This document shows, piece after piece, positions 28,401-41,600 of a stretch of 64,000 bases of DNA; positions within the stretch are counted from its first letter, which is position 1; the number at the start of each line of letters is the position of its first letter. A program made the translations under genes and the position numbers. This DNA is from the human T2T-CHM13v2.0 reference genome, Homo sapiens. Below the pieces are notes generated by a model that was not told where the DNA came from, did no database searches, and saw nothing but the letters and a program-made list of their open reading frames with translations. The stretch lies in assembly GCF_009914755.1 (NCBI RefSeq), contig NC_060926.1; one strand, 5' to 3'.

Positions 28401-30127
28401 TATAGCATTATCTCACTTACTTGGGTATCTGAAAGGAATGTGTGGAGTGTTATTTATTTATACAGAAATCTGCCAAATGAGAGGCATCATCTTGCTTTGA
28501 GGGGCCTCCTGCTGGCAAAGTGAGCAACCTTGTTATTATAAGAATTAAATGCTGTACACTGTATGAAATAAAACACAAAACAATCCTTCAGAGTAGAGCT
28601 GTGCTGATTTTCAACCTGTAAAAATACATTATTCTAATATAGGAAAACTTAGAAAACTCCAAAGTGTTATTAATATCACTTGTTAAGGCCACCTAGTTTT
28701 CATTGTTCTCAACTACAAGATACATATTTAATTTATAGTTTCTGATGAAAATGTCAATAGATCTATTTAATTTGACCATAAATCAGTCTAAAACACTATA
28801 AGCTAATTGATAAGGAACTGATTTTCTAGATAAGCACAATAAGCACACGTCAGCTTGCAGTTTTCAAGGGACATAGTTTGTACATAGAAAAATAACCTTA
28901 GAAAACATAATTCTAATAATTGTCTCTGATCTCAATCATGAGAGTAATTAGTTCTTCCTTCATAAAGCCGTCACTGCAAATTATATTCAAGAATGAATAT
29001 TATGTCTCAGTTACAAATTATATGATTTAATCTCAAAATTTCCCAAGACCCATTTAAAAACCTTGGGAGATAACTGAACATTTAATAACGTCAGGGTTAT
29101 TAAATATCCTTCAACATTTGCATACTTGTAAAAACTATATAGCATAGCAAAAGGTACTAACAGAATTGCCATGATGCATGAAACCACTAAGAATCAAATA
29201 TTTGTGTAAAAATTAACCATTTATGGTACCACAAGCCCCTATTAGAAAAAAATGTGATCTTTTTTTGCGAAGATCAATCTTGACAATCTACTTATACTTA
29301 ATAATTTCCAAAGAGTTTAGAAAACAGACAGCCCAAGTTGTTAAATGCACTTGTTTAGAGTTAAAATACAGGAACGGGAGGGGAGGAATAAGTACTGTGT
29401 TGAGATAATATCTGCTAACACAGTATCTCCATCCAATATCTAACTCCTTCTGGACAAACAGTGATTCCAGGGAGAAAGTAGGGCAGGGAGTAAATGTCAG
29501 GTCTGGGGACCTGAATAGTTGCATGTCAGGCAATAATCCTAGAGAAGATTTTTTTCACAGTCCTGAGACTACTCCAAATAGGGATCACAGGCAAAAAGGA
29601 CAGCTGTTATATCATCTCCCCTGAAAAAATGTTATATGGGACTATTACTAATGCCATCCTGTGTGTACCCAGAATCACAGGCACTGGTGTTCTAATCAAG
29701 ACTTCTGACTGGGAAAAATGAAAAACTTACAAAACCTAAACTGCGTTTCTACACTCTTTTTCTCAAAGCACAAATAAATCCAGAGAGGCTTACTAGCCTT
29801 CTCAGAAATAAGAATGTAGTATAGATCTCAGTCATCCCTGAATTGTTTCTTAAAAGTACAACAAATTCTATTTAATTTGAATGCTTAAAAAAAATCTTAA
29901 TACCATTAGAAAAGTGAGAGACATGATTCAACTTTGAGTTACAGGTTTTATGTAATATAAATACACTAAAATTTAATCAAGCAATATATACAATTTCCCA
30001 ATTATCTTCCTGGAAAAATTACAAATCATCATATTCTTTTTCAAGAATGTATTGATGGCTACAGTGGTCTGGGTAATATTAAAGCTACTGCACAAAATGA
30101 TAAAGGATAAATAAAATGGCTGTTAGT

Positions 30128-30225
30128 CATGAACACAGGGAGGGGAACATCACACACCAGGGCATATCAGGGGGCGGGGGGCTAGAGGAGGGATAGCATT
30201 AGGATAAATACCTAATGTAGATGAC
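30128..30225 (+). mobile_element. L1PA 3'UTR internal fragment
   Basis: acacagggaggggaacatcacacacc...ggagggatagcattagga.aaatacctaatgtagatgac. Confidence 0.8.
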
Positions 30226-30705
30226 TATTCAGCCATTAAGAAAATAATGAAATTGTTTCATTTGGGGCAACCTGGGTGAATCTGTCGGACATTACGTTAA
30301 GAGAAATAACTTAGGCACAGAAAGGTAAATACAAGGAGCTAAAAAAATGAGCTCATAATAGTGGAGAGTAGAATTTTGGTTATTGGAGGCTGGGAAGAAT
30401 AAGGCACAGGGGAATATAGAGAGAGGTTGGTTAAAGAATACAAAATTATAGCTAGATAGGAATAAAGTTCTAGTGTTCTGTAGCAATGCAGAGTAAATAT
30501 GTTTAGTAATTTATTGTATATTTTCAAAAAGTTAAGAGAAAATTTTGAGTATTCACAATTAAAGAAAATGATAAATGTTTGAGTTGATGGATAGGTTAAT
30601 TATTCTAATTTAATTATTATACAACATATGCAGGTACTGAAAAATCACTCTGTATCCCATAAATATGGACAATTATTATTTATCAACCAAAAACAAAAGA
30701 AACAT
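30226..30705 (+). mobile_element. L1MA-type 3' end
   Basis: tattcagcca...gacattacgttaagagaaata...ggcacagaaag; tagataggaataaagttctagtgttctgtagca; tgtatcccataaatat followed by an A-rich end. Confidence 0.8.
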
Positions 30706-32229
30706 ATATCAGGATACCTTAATTGGAAAAATATAATTTAAACATATTTGTCTTAAAATATGTTGTTAACACTTCTGTCTTCTATTTATGATCAATCATT
30801 GGTTAAACAGAATGTCATAATAATGCTAAATAATACAACGGATGGAGGAAAATCAGTTGTATTGATTTTAATTATAGTTTAATATTCCAATTTATTGCTT
30901 TGCAGTAAAGTAAAAAGTTGAGTTGAAACTACATGAAAGCTTCATCCCAGTCTAGTTCAATGCCTGCATCTAAAACACATTTAAAATGTATAAGGTTATT
31001 TGCATGTAAAAATTATTTTATTGGGTTACTATTCTTGCACATAAAAATTTTGGTAATTCAACTACTACATTAAAAGGTTTTTATCTTAAAGGTATAGCTC
31101 ATGGTTTGTCCCAGAAACTGATGGAAATCTAATCACACATCCCCACTGCCCATATTGTTCTGGAGCACCACCTGTCAGCTGAATAAGATAATGACATGTG
31201 GTGGAGCTTGTATACAAAATTTCTACCTATCTCTCAGTCTAAAAAAATAGCCTTCATTGTTAAATTTGTTCTTATCTTTTGCAAAAATGAAGAATTCACA
31301 GCATCCTTGAAAAAGTTTCCACATTGGTTGATAGGAGAAATAACTTTTTAGAAATTCTAACCCACGGACTGTAGGGAGTTTGAGGTTGTTGCAAAAAAGC
31401 AAGCACTCAACTGTAGAAGAGCAGAAATCGCCCTTGCCATTACTAATATCTTTTTTAAGCATGTACGGTTTTGTGGCACATCAATGTTAATTAGCAAGTG
31501 GACACCACTGGCATAGCTCTGTGAAGTTTATGATGTCATGCATAGCCTTTACCTGATTCCTTAATAAATGTGAAAAACTGTAATATAGGGAAAGCACTTA
31601 ATAATCACAACAATTTACAGATTATCTTCTATGTGACAAATTCTGTCAGTGTTTGTGTATAGATGTGGATGATTCTGCTCTAGCATGCAGAAATTTTTCC
31701 AAAAATACATTCAGTCATACATTGTTTTAGTTGTGTCCTATATTGAAGTTTAAATGCCTATAAAATGTAACATAAAAAGTTATCTCATGAATTTGATTAA
31801 AAACCATTTTCTCTTGAAGGCACTTTAAAAAACAATAAGGATGAAAGGACAGAGGATTTGAGTTTGCCAGGTAAACATAAATCTTTGGAACAAAACTGTC
31901 TCTCTAAGCTCTTTTTTTAATACCAAAACTATAAAAACAGAATATGAAGAAAAAAAGGATTTGAGAAAACTGCCCTTCAGAGAGAGCCAAATTCTTCCTC
32001 AAATAGTCTACTTAAAGTGCTCATGACAGTCCATGTGTACAATAATTCTATAAACCATTATTGTATCACCTGTTTATATTCATAGGACACACAAAAGTCA
32101 AGTTCAAATTATGAAAAAGAGAAAGTTCATGCTCTTCTCATATTTAACGTTTTCTAACTTTAAATTTATGATGTTTCTATTTTGCCTTTAACTGCCCTAG
32201 TTCTCTCCTACTACTACTATAGCATACAA

Positions 32230-32450
32230 AATATAATTAACATTTATTGGGCACTTACTATGTACCTGATGCTATTTTATATGCATTTACATGCATTTCA
32301 TTTAACCTTCACAACTATGAGGTTAACATTAATATTCAATTCCCTTTTTAGATGGGATGATTGAAGCTTAAAAAGATTAAGTAATTCACCTATACTCACA
32401 TGGTGGACTCAAACCTGCACTATTTAAATTCTCAGATTCCTCTATTTTAC
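32230..32450 (-). mobile_element. MIR remnant
   Basis: aacatttattgggcacttactatgt...catttaaccttcacaactatgagg...ttttagatg. Confidence 0.65.
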
Positions 32451-32779
32451 TCCTTGCAAAGTTTTACTTCGCATGATCAATTCCAAAAAGTTACTGCAAT
32501 GGTTACTCTATTTGAGTTATTATAAATATAATGAAACCACAATGTTAAGTTAGAAGAGTGGCACCTATTGTTAATATACTTGATCCCATTTCCATATTTG
32601 ATATATTCACAAATATTCATGGTTATTTAGAATTATTATGAGTATCAAGCAAAATCACTGTCAATGACCTAAAATACTTAAGAAATTCATCTATGTTGCC
32701 AGCATACTTCTTAGGAGTTTTCATTTATCGCCATATATAAAATGTTGATATTTAGACTATGTGAATTTAATAGGAGCCT

Positions 32780-32962
32780 AGGCATTGCTGATCAGCCACC
32801 TGCACAAGTGTGGCCATTTGCAAGTTATTTAATTTCTCCGAGCTTCTGTTTCCTTGTTTGTAAAATAAGGATGGTAGTGTCCATATTGTTAAGGTCAGGT
32901 GAGATATTGTATAAGAAGTGCCTAGCACACTTCCTGATACAGTTGGCCTTTAATAAGTACTA
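32780..32962 (+). mobile_element. MIR remnant
   Basis: caagttatttaatttctccgagcttctgtttccttgtttgtaaaataagg...aagtgcctagcaca. Confidence 0.65.
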
Positions 32963-35900
32963 GATATTATGATTTCTTGGCTTTTTACCAATGAAGAGTT
33001 AATGTGTGATGTACAGAAGTTTATAACAATTAAGATAGGAAAAGCACATTAAATTATGAAAAGCGATAAGTAAAACGTTGAATAGCTTGAGTCGGAGATG
33101 CTGTGACATATCCAAGTGGAGATATCGAGCAGGCAGTAGAAACAGGAAGGTTTAGAGCTCTGTATAGGGGTAAGAGCTTAGAATAATCTACGCAGAGGTA
33201 AGACAGGGGAGGGCATCTGGACAGTAAGAAAAAGATGAAGAGGACCACAGCCAGACAGAAGCATTGGATAGACTTACTTCTTGTTGAGTGCATTATCTTT
33301 ATTCATTGCCTCCTTAAAAATAGTAAATTAAAATCTAAGTCTAATATACACCCAATAATAGCCAAATTGATTGTTAGAATATCGCCTCTGTTGAGAAATA
33401 GCTGTGTGATTTGTCCAATTACATAACTGAGTCTCATTTTCTTTATCTATGACAGAGGATTAATACCATCTACCACGCAGGTTTAAGGAGGCACCAGACG
33501 TAATGCATAAAAGTACCAGCAACGGGCTTGGTGCCTCCTGGCATTAAAGTGGATATAGACTGTAGAAAGTGAGGAGAGGTGGTAGATCAGAAAGCCTAAA
33601 ACAGAACGTAGGCATCACAGAAATGCAGTCTTCATACAGGGGAACCAAAAATAATGTTAAAAGAATGGCCACAAATGGAAAAAGCAAAACATTTTATTTA
33701 GAAGGTTTATAGTGTAGATCCAAAAGTGGTAGTAAAAGAGAAATGTCAAAGGCCTTAAAATATTTCCAAAGCTGACTAATAAAGGTCTACTTTATTTGTA
33801 ATTACGCCAGGCATGCATATGTACATCTGTCTTTTTATCTCCTTTTGATTTTCAGTTTCCCTAGGAAAGTGCTTCTCTTTTGCTGTTATTTCTTAACATT
33901 TTATCTCCCAGCCACAAATGCAGGCCCAGTTTTCTAAATTCCTGCTGTGCCTAACTATGTCCCCACCTTCCTATATATTTCTCCTTCCAGTTTAGTTAAA
34001 TCAGTATTTAGTTATAAATACCTGCTGGCATAAACTGAAGAGCAAAGTAAAGTGTATATATTTTAAGCTTGTATGCTTATATTCTCTATTGTTTTTTAAA
34101 TTGAGAATGATTAATTGGTGATAATATAATGGATCAGAAGTGTGAATATCTAATATGAAGACTGTTAAGAAAAAGGCAAAATGTTTATTTAAGAATGACA
34201 ATTAAAAAAAAATCCTTCACAAATCTACTAATCTATGAAGAGCAGGTAGGATGATGAGGAGCAGATGGGTGGGAATCCTAGCCATAGAGACTTGAAGGAT
34301 GGGTTTCATCTGCTCTAATTTTTAGAGGCTATGAAAAGATACTTGGGCACAGTGTGCTTACGACAAGTTCTCAGAAATCACAGAACTCAATCCTCACCCC
34401 CAACATTGTGGACCAGTTGTTCCTCAGCTGCCTCACTCATTTCTTATCATCATAGAAGAGGTTAGATCAGAGCTTACCACCCCACACATGAAGGAACTCA
34501 CTAACTCCTGGGACAGACCATTCCAACTTTGGTTAGCTCCAGGAGAAACTCCTTGATGGTGTTTAACTGAAATCTGATGCCTTACAATTTCAAACAGCTG
34601 TTAATGTTTCTGTTCTCCAAGGCTATACAGAACATTGCTAATCCCTCGTATATGTAACAGCCCTCCCTAGCTATTGAAGACAGTTATCATGTCCCCTTCC
34701 CAAGCCTCCTCTTTTCCATGCCTGGCATCTCCTTATTTCTTTAATCATTCTTCAAATTAAATAGTATGCTATTATTCTGTTGTAATATGAAATTTAAAAA
34801 ACACATGTCCAAATCTAAGTTACCAAAATTATAATAATTAAGCTGACGTTCATAATTTCTACCACAATATTGTATTTTAACTTTGTAAAAATAAAAGTTT
34901 TAATTTTAATTTTTTCCTCTCCTTATCTACCACAAATGAAAATTGTAGATGTAGTGACCTCCAGGGATAGTCCCATATCTAATACACACACCTGCAGCAG
35001 CTAATACCTTGCCAGGTAACTATTCATTCTGACTAATAATATGAGCATGTGATATGGTTATCACCACATAGATGATAGTCATCATATATTCAAACTATTG
35101 TGAGTACTTGCAGCCTAATTTATAGACACAAATGACCCATCAGCACTCATACTCACTCTTGGGAAAATGTATAGCATTTGCTTTAAATGTGGACAGAACA
35201 CCCCTGTCCACATACTAAATTACATGGGTGATTTTCTCCTAGGCCTCACTCATATGATTTTCTCCTAGGCTAATTCAATATGTGGGCAGTGGCATCCTGT
35301 CTGTTGTGTTTAAGTCATTTTTTTTAACTTCAACTCACATAAAACAGGTGTCTATGCTGTGATACACTTATCTCAGAAAAATGCATTTCTCGAACCGGCT
35401 AATACTTAATTGTGGCAAAGTTACTGTGACACTATTCATATTTCTATTATTTTAAAACACTTATGGAAAAATTATTTTTATATGTAACAGTAATATTTAC
35501 AGTATTTAGTGACCGTAATGTCAAAGGCACATTAGAATGGATCATAGCATATGCCAGAGAAGAGATATGAAGGTCCATCATTGTGCCACGTATTAACTCT
35601 TTACTTGTTTGATTGGGTTAAGTCAGAGAAAGGGGTTCCAGGGAAGGTACCAGGGAAACTCAATCAGGTAAAACAGCATTTCAATGTTTTAACAATCAGT
35701 AAAGTTGTAAGAAATACACTACTTGAATATTAATCCTGGTATGGAATATACTTTGTTCATCACATCCTACACAAGGGTTTACGGAAATTTGAAAACGTCA
35801 AAAAGAGGCTCCACATTCCTAGTAGAAAGAAAAAAATAAACAGTAAAGTTATTTTTTTTCATATATTTGAGTAGAAAAGCATTGGAAAACATTTCACCTT

Positions 35901-37960
35901 GACTGGTTACAAAATCAAAGATGTCTTCAAGTTTAAAGCATACATGTGCTATCAGCACATGTACAATTACTGAAAACCTTAATCAACAGAGAAGCTATCT
36001 GAAAAAAATTAACCTTGAAATAACCACTGGAAATATGATGAGATGAACAATTCATGAATGAGAATTATTCTCTACAGTGAACTTGATTATGGAGAATATA
36101 GTCTGAAGTCATGACAAATCCTTAACAGATATATAAATAACATTACAACTCTGAATACTCTACAATTCACTGTGCTACAAAAGGCTGTTAGGAACACATC
36201 TTGACATTCCCCAATATAGATATTATTGTACAAATTCCAGGTTTTCTCTAGAACCACATTTCCACAAATGTTACACATCTGGTGAACATTTTCTCACACT
36301 AGTTAAACCTCATTAAGAAATTTCACTAAAGTTTACTCTGTTGGATAATACTTTTCCACAAAAATAAGGTTTTGAGTTTTGTTTGTTTTGTTTTAAGCAA
36401 CTTCCTGATTATTACAGTGGATTCTATTCTGTTGGCTCATCTGGCAGGTGAATGACTACTTTTAGAATATGAAATTCTACCAGATTCAAATCACAAAATT
36501 ATCATAAAATAATGGGATTTCTGACTGACTCACAAGTAGTAAAACTCTTGAATACCAAAAGTCCACTACAAATGTCCTTGAAACAAAGCTATTACTGATA
36601 TTTTGACATACAGGTATTTTATTTTCTGCAGATCTGGAACAATTGAAATATTTTTGGTTCTCCTTTTTTTTCATTAATAAATCTGCCTTCACAGAGCTCA
36701 TCCTGCCAGTAAGAAATATGTTACTTATAGAAATTTATTTTTATATAGCCTATAAATATTGAGTGAAAGCTGTTAAACTGTGGGAGACAAACTTCATCTG
36801 TACTTCTCAAAGAGTGACTGAGTCAGTTTGTAGGAGTGAAATAGCATGTATCGGATCTAAATTTGCCAAACAAAATTAGCTACATGCCATTCTATTTGTC
36901 TTATCTTTTTCTCTGGCTCATGGTGTGCTAATTCTGGCCACAAGCAATACAGTAAGCACAGAAAAAAATAATGAATGCCCCTTTTACCAACAGTTGCATA
37001 AAATGTTTTGTCTATTTCAATATATCTTGAAGCTTTTTATACTTTCAATTTTTATCCTGTATTTAGAAGAAAGAAAAGGGCCACTAAAGAATTATATCTG
37101 AATACCAATCACTTCAATTTCCATTAATTCCGAATACGTTTTTAAAGGTTTCAATATATCACCAGGGACAATGGGCTGCTAAATTTGAAGTTAACAACTG
37201 GGAAATATTATTAACTGTTTAGTTGATATTTTTTTAAAACTGTGACTTGAAATACTAATCTTTTTATTGTTTCTTAAATTTGTTAACATATTAGTTAAAA
37301 ATATTACCAAAGATCTACACTCTCTATTATTTTAACTGAAATGCATTGTTTCATTCATGGCTAGCAATGGTATCTATTCTAGTTAAAATTTTTTAAATGA
37401 CATTAAAAGAATAGTTTAGGTAGTAAAACATTAGTGGATGTTAATTGTCTCCCCACCTATATTTATGGGTGTTAGCGCAACTGCTTTGCTAGTTGCACAG
37501 CTGTATTATCAGAGTAAACGTGTATTTGTAAACTGTATGGGAACTAAAAATTAGGAATAAAGCCATTTTCTTATTTTAAAGAATGGTCACATTTAACTTA
37601 GCCTGAGGGTAAAAGTCAAAAGTTGACTTTTATCCACTCTAAATAACAAATGATTAAAAATCCAGCGAGTCCAGTAAGCTATATTTCAAGGGGTAAGACC
37701 TTAATAATATAGCTCTTGTATATCCAAACTGGCAGGGTTCCTTTAAAGTACATCCAACCATTATAAACTACAGTACTGTGTAAGGGACAGTACTAAATAA
37801 ACCATCTTAAAAACATAATGTCAAGAAAATAGATATATACCTGGATTAGGCATACTCATATTTAGAGAGAAAATATTCTAAAAATTATCTCTATATAGTA
37901 CATTATTTCATCCAAAGATATACCCAGGTACTTTACAGTGTGATTTTACACTACGTAATA

Positions 37961-38015
37961 TTAGGTTGGTGTAAAAGTAATTGTGATTTCTGCCACTACT
38001 TTTGCACCAACTTAA
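37961..38015. mobile_element. MADE1 (Hsmar1-derived MITE), internally deleted
   Basis: TA-TTAGGTTGGTGTAAAAGTAATTG...TACTTTTGCACCAACTTAA-TA: mariner TIRs with TA duplication. Confidence 0.88.
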
Positions 38016-38323
38016 TAATTTTCTTCCAGAGCAATGCATTCTTCCTCATTAATAATGGACACTAACTACATGCACTAGAAAAAATTACAAAAAAATTGTA
38101 TAATGACACCCAAAATTCACAGTTAATGGAAGAGCAATATTCCTAAAATGTGTAATTTTCAACCATAGGCAGACTTACCACAAAGTTTCTAAAACAGCTT
38201 CAGCTTCAGAACCCCTCTATTGTACTGGTACTTCACAAGACCCTGTACTTAATTTGTATTTCTATTTCAATACTGTTTTTAAACAGGTTCCCCAAGTTGT
38301 ATAAATGCAGATCCCCAAATCTT

Positions 38324-38358
<35 letters not shown>

Positions 38359-38645
38359 TTATTATACTTTAAGTTTTAGGGTACCTGTGCACAATGTGCA
38401 GGTTAGTTACATATGTATACATGTGCCATGCTGGTGTGCTGCACCATTAACTTGTCATTTAGCATTAGGTATATCTCCTAATGCTATCCCTCCCCCCTCC
38501 CCCCACCCCACAACAGTCCCCAGAGTGTGATGTTCCCCTTCCTGTGTCCCTGTGTTCTCATTGTCCAATTCCCATCTATGAGTGAGAACATGTGGTGTTT
38601 GGTTTTTTGTCCTTGCGACAGTTTACTGAGAATGATGATTTCCAA
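38324..38645 (-). mobile_element. Young L1PA 3' end, 5'-truncated, (TTTA)n tail
   Basis: attatactttaagttttagggtac.tgtgcacaatgtgcaggttagttacatatg...gagaatgatgatttcca; TSD CCAAATCTT at 38315-38323 and 38642-38650. Confidence 0.95.
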
Positions 38646-41600
38646 ATCTTGCATACGCCCCTGATTCGAAGTTTTCTCAAGATAAGGCTTAAATGGCAAA
38701 GAAAGAAATCTGAAGAATACAATGGAGGAGGGAAACTACAGGGTAACCTAAAGTAGAACTCCTTAACTGATAGATTTATTAGACAAGTTTCTTCATGTAG
38801 CTATAGGGAAAGCAAAAAGAGCTGCTGACCTGAAGGCACTAAGATCTGGCATGCTAAGCATCCCTTTCTTGCACAGTGGGCAGGTAGAGTGGAGAAACCA
38901 TGCCTTTGAGAAGCATAACTAGCCTCTGCCGCCGTGAGAAAGTCATGCAAGAGGCTGAGAAGCAGAAGGCAGAGCCAGCTGGCTCTCAGGACAGGGCAGA
39001 TATGTAACTGGACCAGACTAGTGCACCAGTTAGGCTTCACCATTACATACTACTTCGTATCTCTAGTCCCTCATCTACAAAATAGGAGCATCTACAAAAT
39101 AATCCCTGACTCAAACTTTCTTCTCATGGATTCTTAAAGTAAAAAAGGTCAGGAAAGTTCTAAAAGAACTTCAGGCAAAGTTTCTAATATCTCCATTCCC
39201 AATTTTCTCATTAATAGATTACTCGGCAGACTGTTAGGTAATTTTGAAAGTTACATTAACTCTTTTAGGCAAATATAAATTAAGGTACAATTAGTGCACC
39301 CTAGTGGCCTAGAAATGTTGACAGTTCTTTAGAATCTGGTAACCTGAAAAGAAATGTCTAGAAGTGCATTTTCCCTGGTAGACTCTGACTCTATAAATAA
39401 TATAATTATTTCACCATTTTCAGAACGTAGAGTGAATCATCTAAAAGAGCAACTAAGAGAATCCCCATCACCTCTCAGTTCAGTTATACTGCAAGTGCTT
39501 CCTTTATAGGATCCTTTTAAAATGGTAAGCATATGTCTAGTTGTCTATTTTAAGATACTGAGAAATCTTAGCTATAACAAAGTTGTATTATCACATATAT
39601 CTAGGAATAGAAAATGCCAGATTCTATCTGGAACCCTTTTTCATGAAATATTTATTAACATTTTATCTGGAGGCAAATATTCCTCCCAAGAGTCTGCAAA
39701 ATCACTTAATAACATATTTTTGTATTGTGTTTTATTGGCCTCATCTATTCTTCTTTAAAGAAAGAAAAAGCTGGCATCTTGAGCTTCTTATATTTCCTCT
39801 TCAGTTCCTAACATGGTCCTGAAATACACACTGGTGGATCAGTACATGCTTATTGCTTAAATTGATTAAATGTTTAAATGGCAGATAAGTAAGAAATAGC
39901 AAAATAATAGCCATTAACATTAAAATACTGAACTACAAAATATTTACATGTTTAAAAGTGGTATCCACATTCCACATATATTTAACTTGCCAGAAATAAA
40001 ACCAACAGAAATTGCACCATATTTATGGGTAGATTCTAAAAATGGGGATAGGGATGAATGATAGCGTCTTAGAAACACACCACTTGAAGAAATACCCTAG
40101 GAAGCTCAAGAAAGCAACTAAAGAAATTTGCAGGGTAAACATGCCCAATAGCTATTATTAAGAATTCTATAATTATGTTATTCAAACAGCTTACTTTGTG
40201 CACTATATGGTTTAATTACAAATAATAACCATTCATGAACGAGCTTAAAATTGTTCCTGCAAATGTATGCTATTCATTCATGTAAAAAAAATTTTTAAAG
40301 AGCTTATATGTATGTGGCACCACATTAGTCTCTGCAGAGTATAAAAACATTGGTACTTAAAAAGTCAAAACTATTGGTTGGTTTGATTAAATGCCAGATA
40401 AGTGATATTGATAAGGACTACTGGCTAGAGTAGCCAGTGAAGGAAGATGTAACAAAGACGTATAATTTAAAGTAAAACTTAAAAGATTCAAAAGTTTGGC
40501 CAAGTAAAAGCACCAAGTAAGCCACAAATTCCAGGAAAAGGGATCAGCAAAAGTAAGGACAATAAGGAAGGCATAGTCATGAGATATTGACTAGGTCAGT
40601 CTGGTTTTTAGACAGAGTACATGTTAACAGACTCTATGATGGATTTAAAAAGAAATTGAAGACAGTTTTAGCAGGCTTTGAACATTACAAGAGGGATCCA
40701 TGAAAAGTTTCAGAATAAAAACTAAGATAATATTAGAAATGGTAATCTGACAGTGACAGGAAGGAGATTTTAGAGGTTTGAGGACGTGGAAGAAGAAGAA
40801 TACCCATAAAGAGGATCTTGCAATAACCCTGCCTGAGGTTTCTAAGGACCAGATGATGCTTATAAAAATCTTGGGGAGTAGCTTTTAACATACCTATGCA
40901 GTCAACTTTCCTTTAAAACAAACTTATTTAACTGCTCTGTTCTAGACAAAATTACCAGACAAAAGGAATTCCTGAAAATGAAAGTATGTGTATAAAAGAA
41001 ATATTATCCTGTTGTATTTTTATTTGGTTTTCATAGGTCCCTATAGAAACCCATATTCTCACATTCTTTAAGCCTACAGAGAAGGACAGGAAATAATGAC
41101 AAAGATTTCAGTAAGAGTTTGCCTAGAGCAAAATAGTCACTGCCACCCATGATCTCTATTAGGCATCCCCTTGATAGTGATTGGGACCCATCCTGAAATA
41201 GAAGACTGTGCCACTTATTGCTCAAGTCACAGCTATACTTGATATAGTCACAGAGCCTGGAGAATCTGTTGTCAATTATTTTCAGTCCTAACCAGCCATG
41301 AGATAACCCCAGCAGAGGAGAGAAAACAAGCACACGCATTTTTTGAAAGCAGGTTCATAAACCCCACTTGTATTCAAAAGATTAACACTTGGATATCCAC
41401 CTATACTAGAAGCACATGGGACCAGGAGTAAGTAAAGGTCAGCAGAGCAGTAAAGATTTAGCAGGTGAAACCGATTGTTTACAAGTCTAATCTTTGTGGA
41501 AAATAAAAGAGTGTTTATTGTACCATTCACTTTCTTCTCTTTCAACACATTTAAACTATGTTCGAAATGAAATATATTATAAATCTTCAATCGGTCTTGA

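Noticed and set aside
35229-35270. 16-bp direct repeat TGATTTTCTCCTAGGC separated by 10 nt
   Set aside because: Real but a common small local duplication; no element between the copies.
37961-38015. Calling this MADE1 the annotated intronic miR-548 gene of ERBB4
   Set aside because: Element is internally deleted; I cannot assign a miRNA locus from sequence, and I recall that gene lying further into intron 1.
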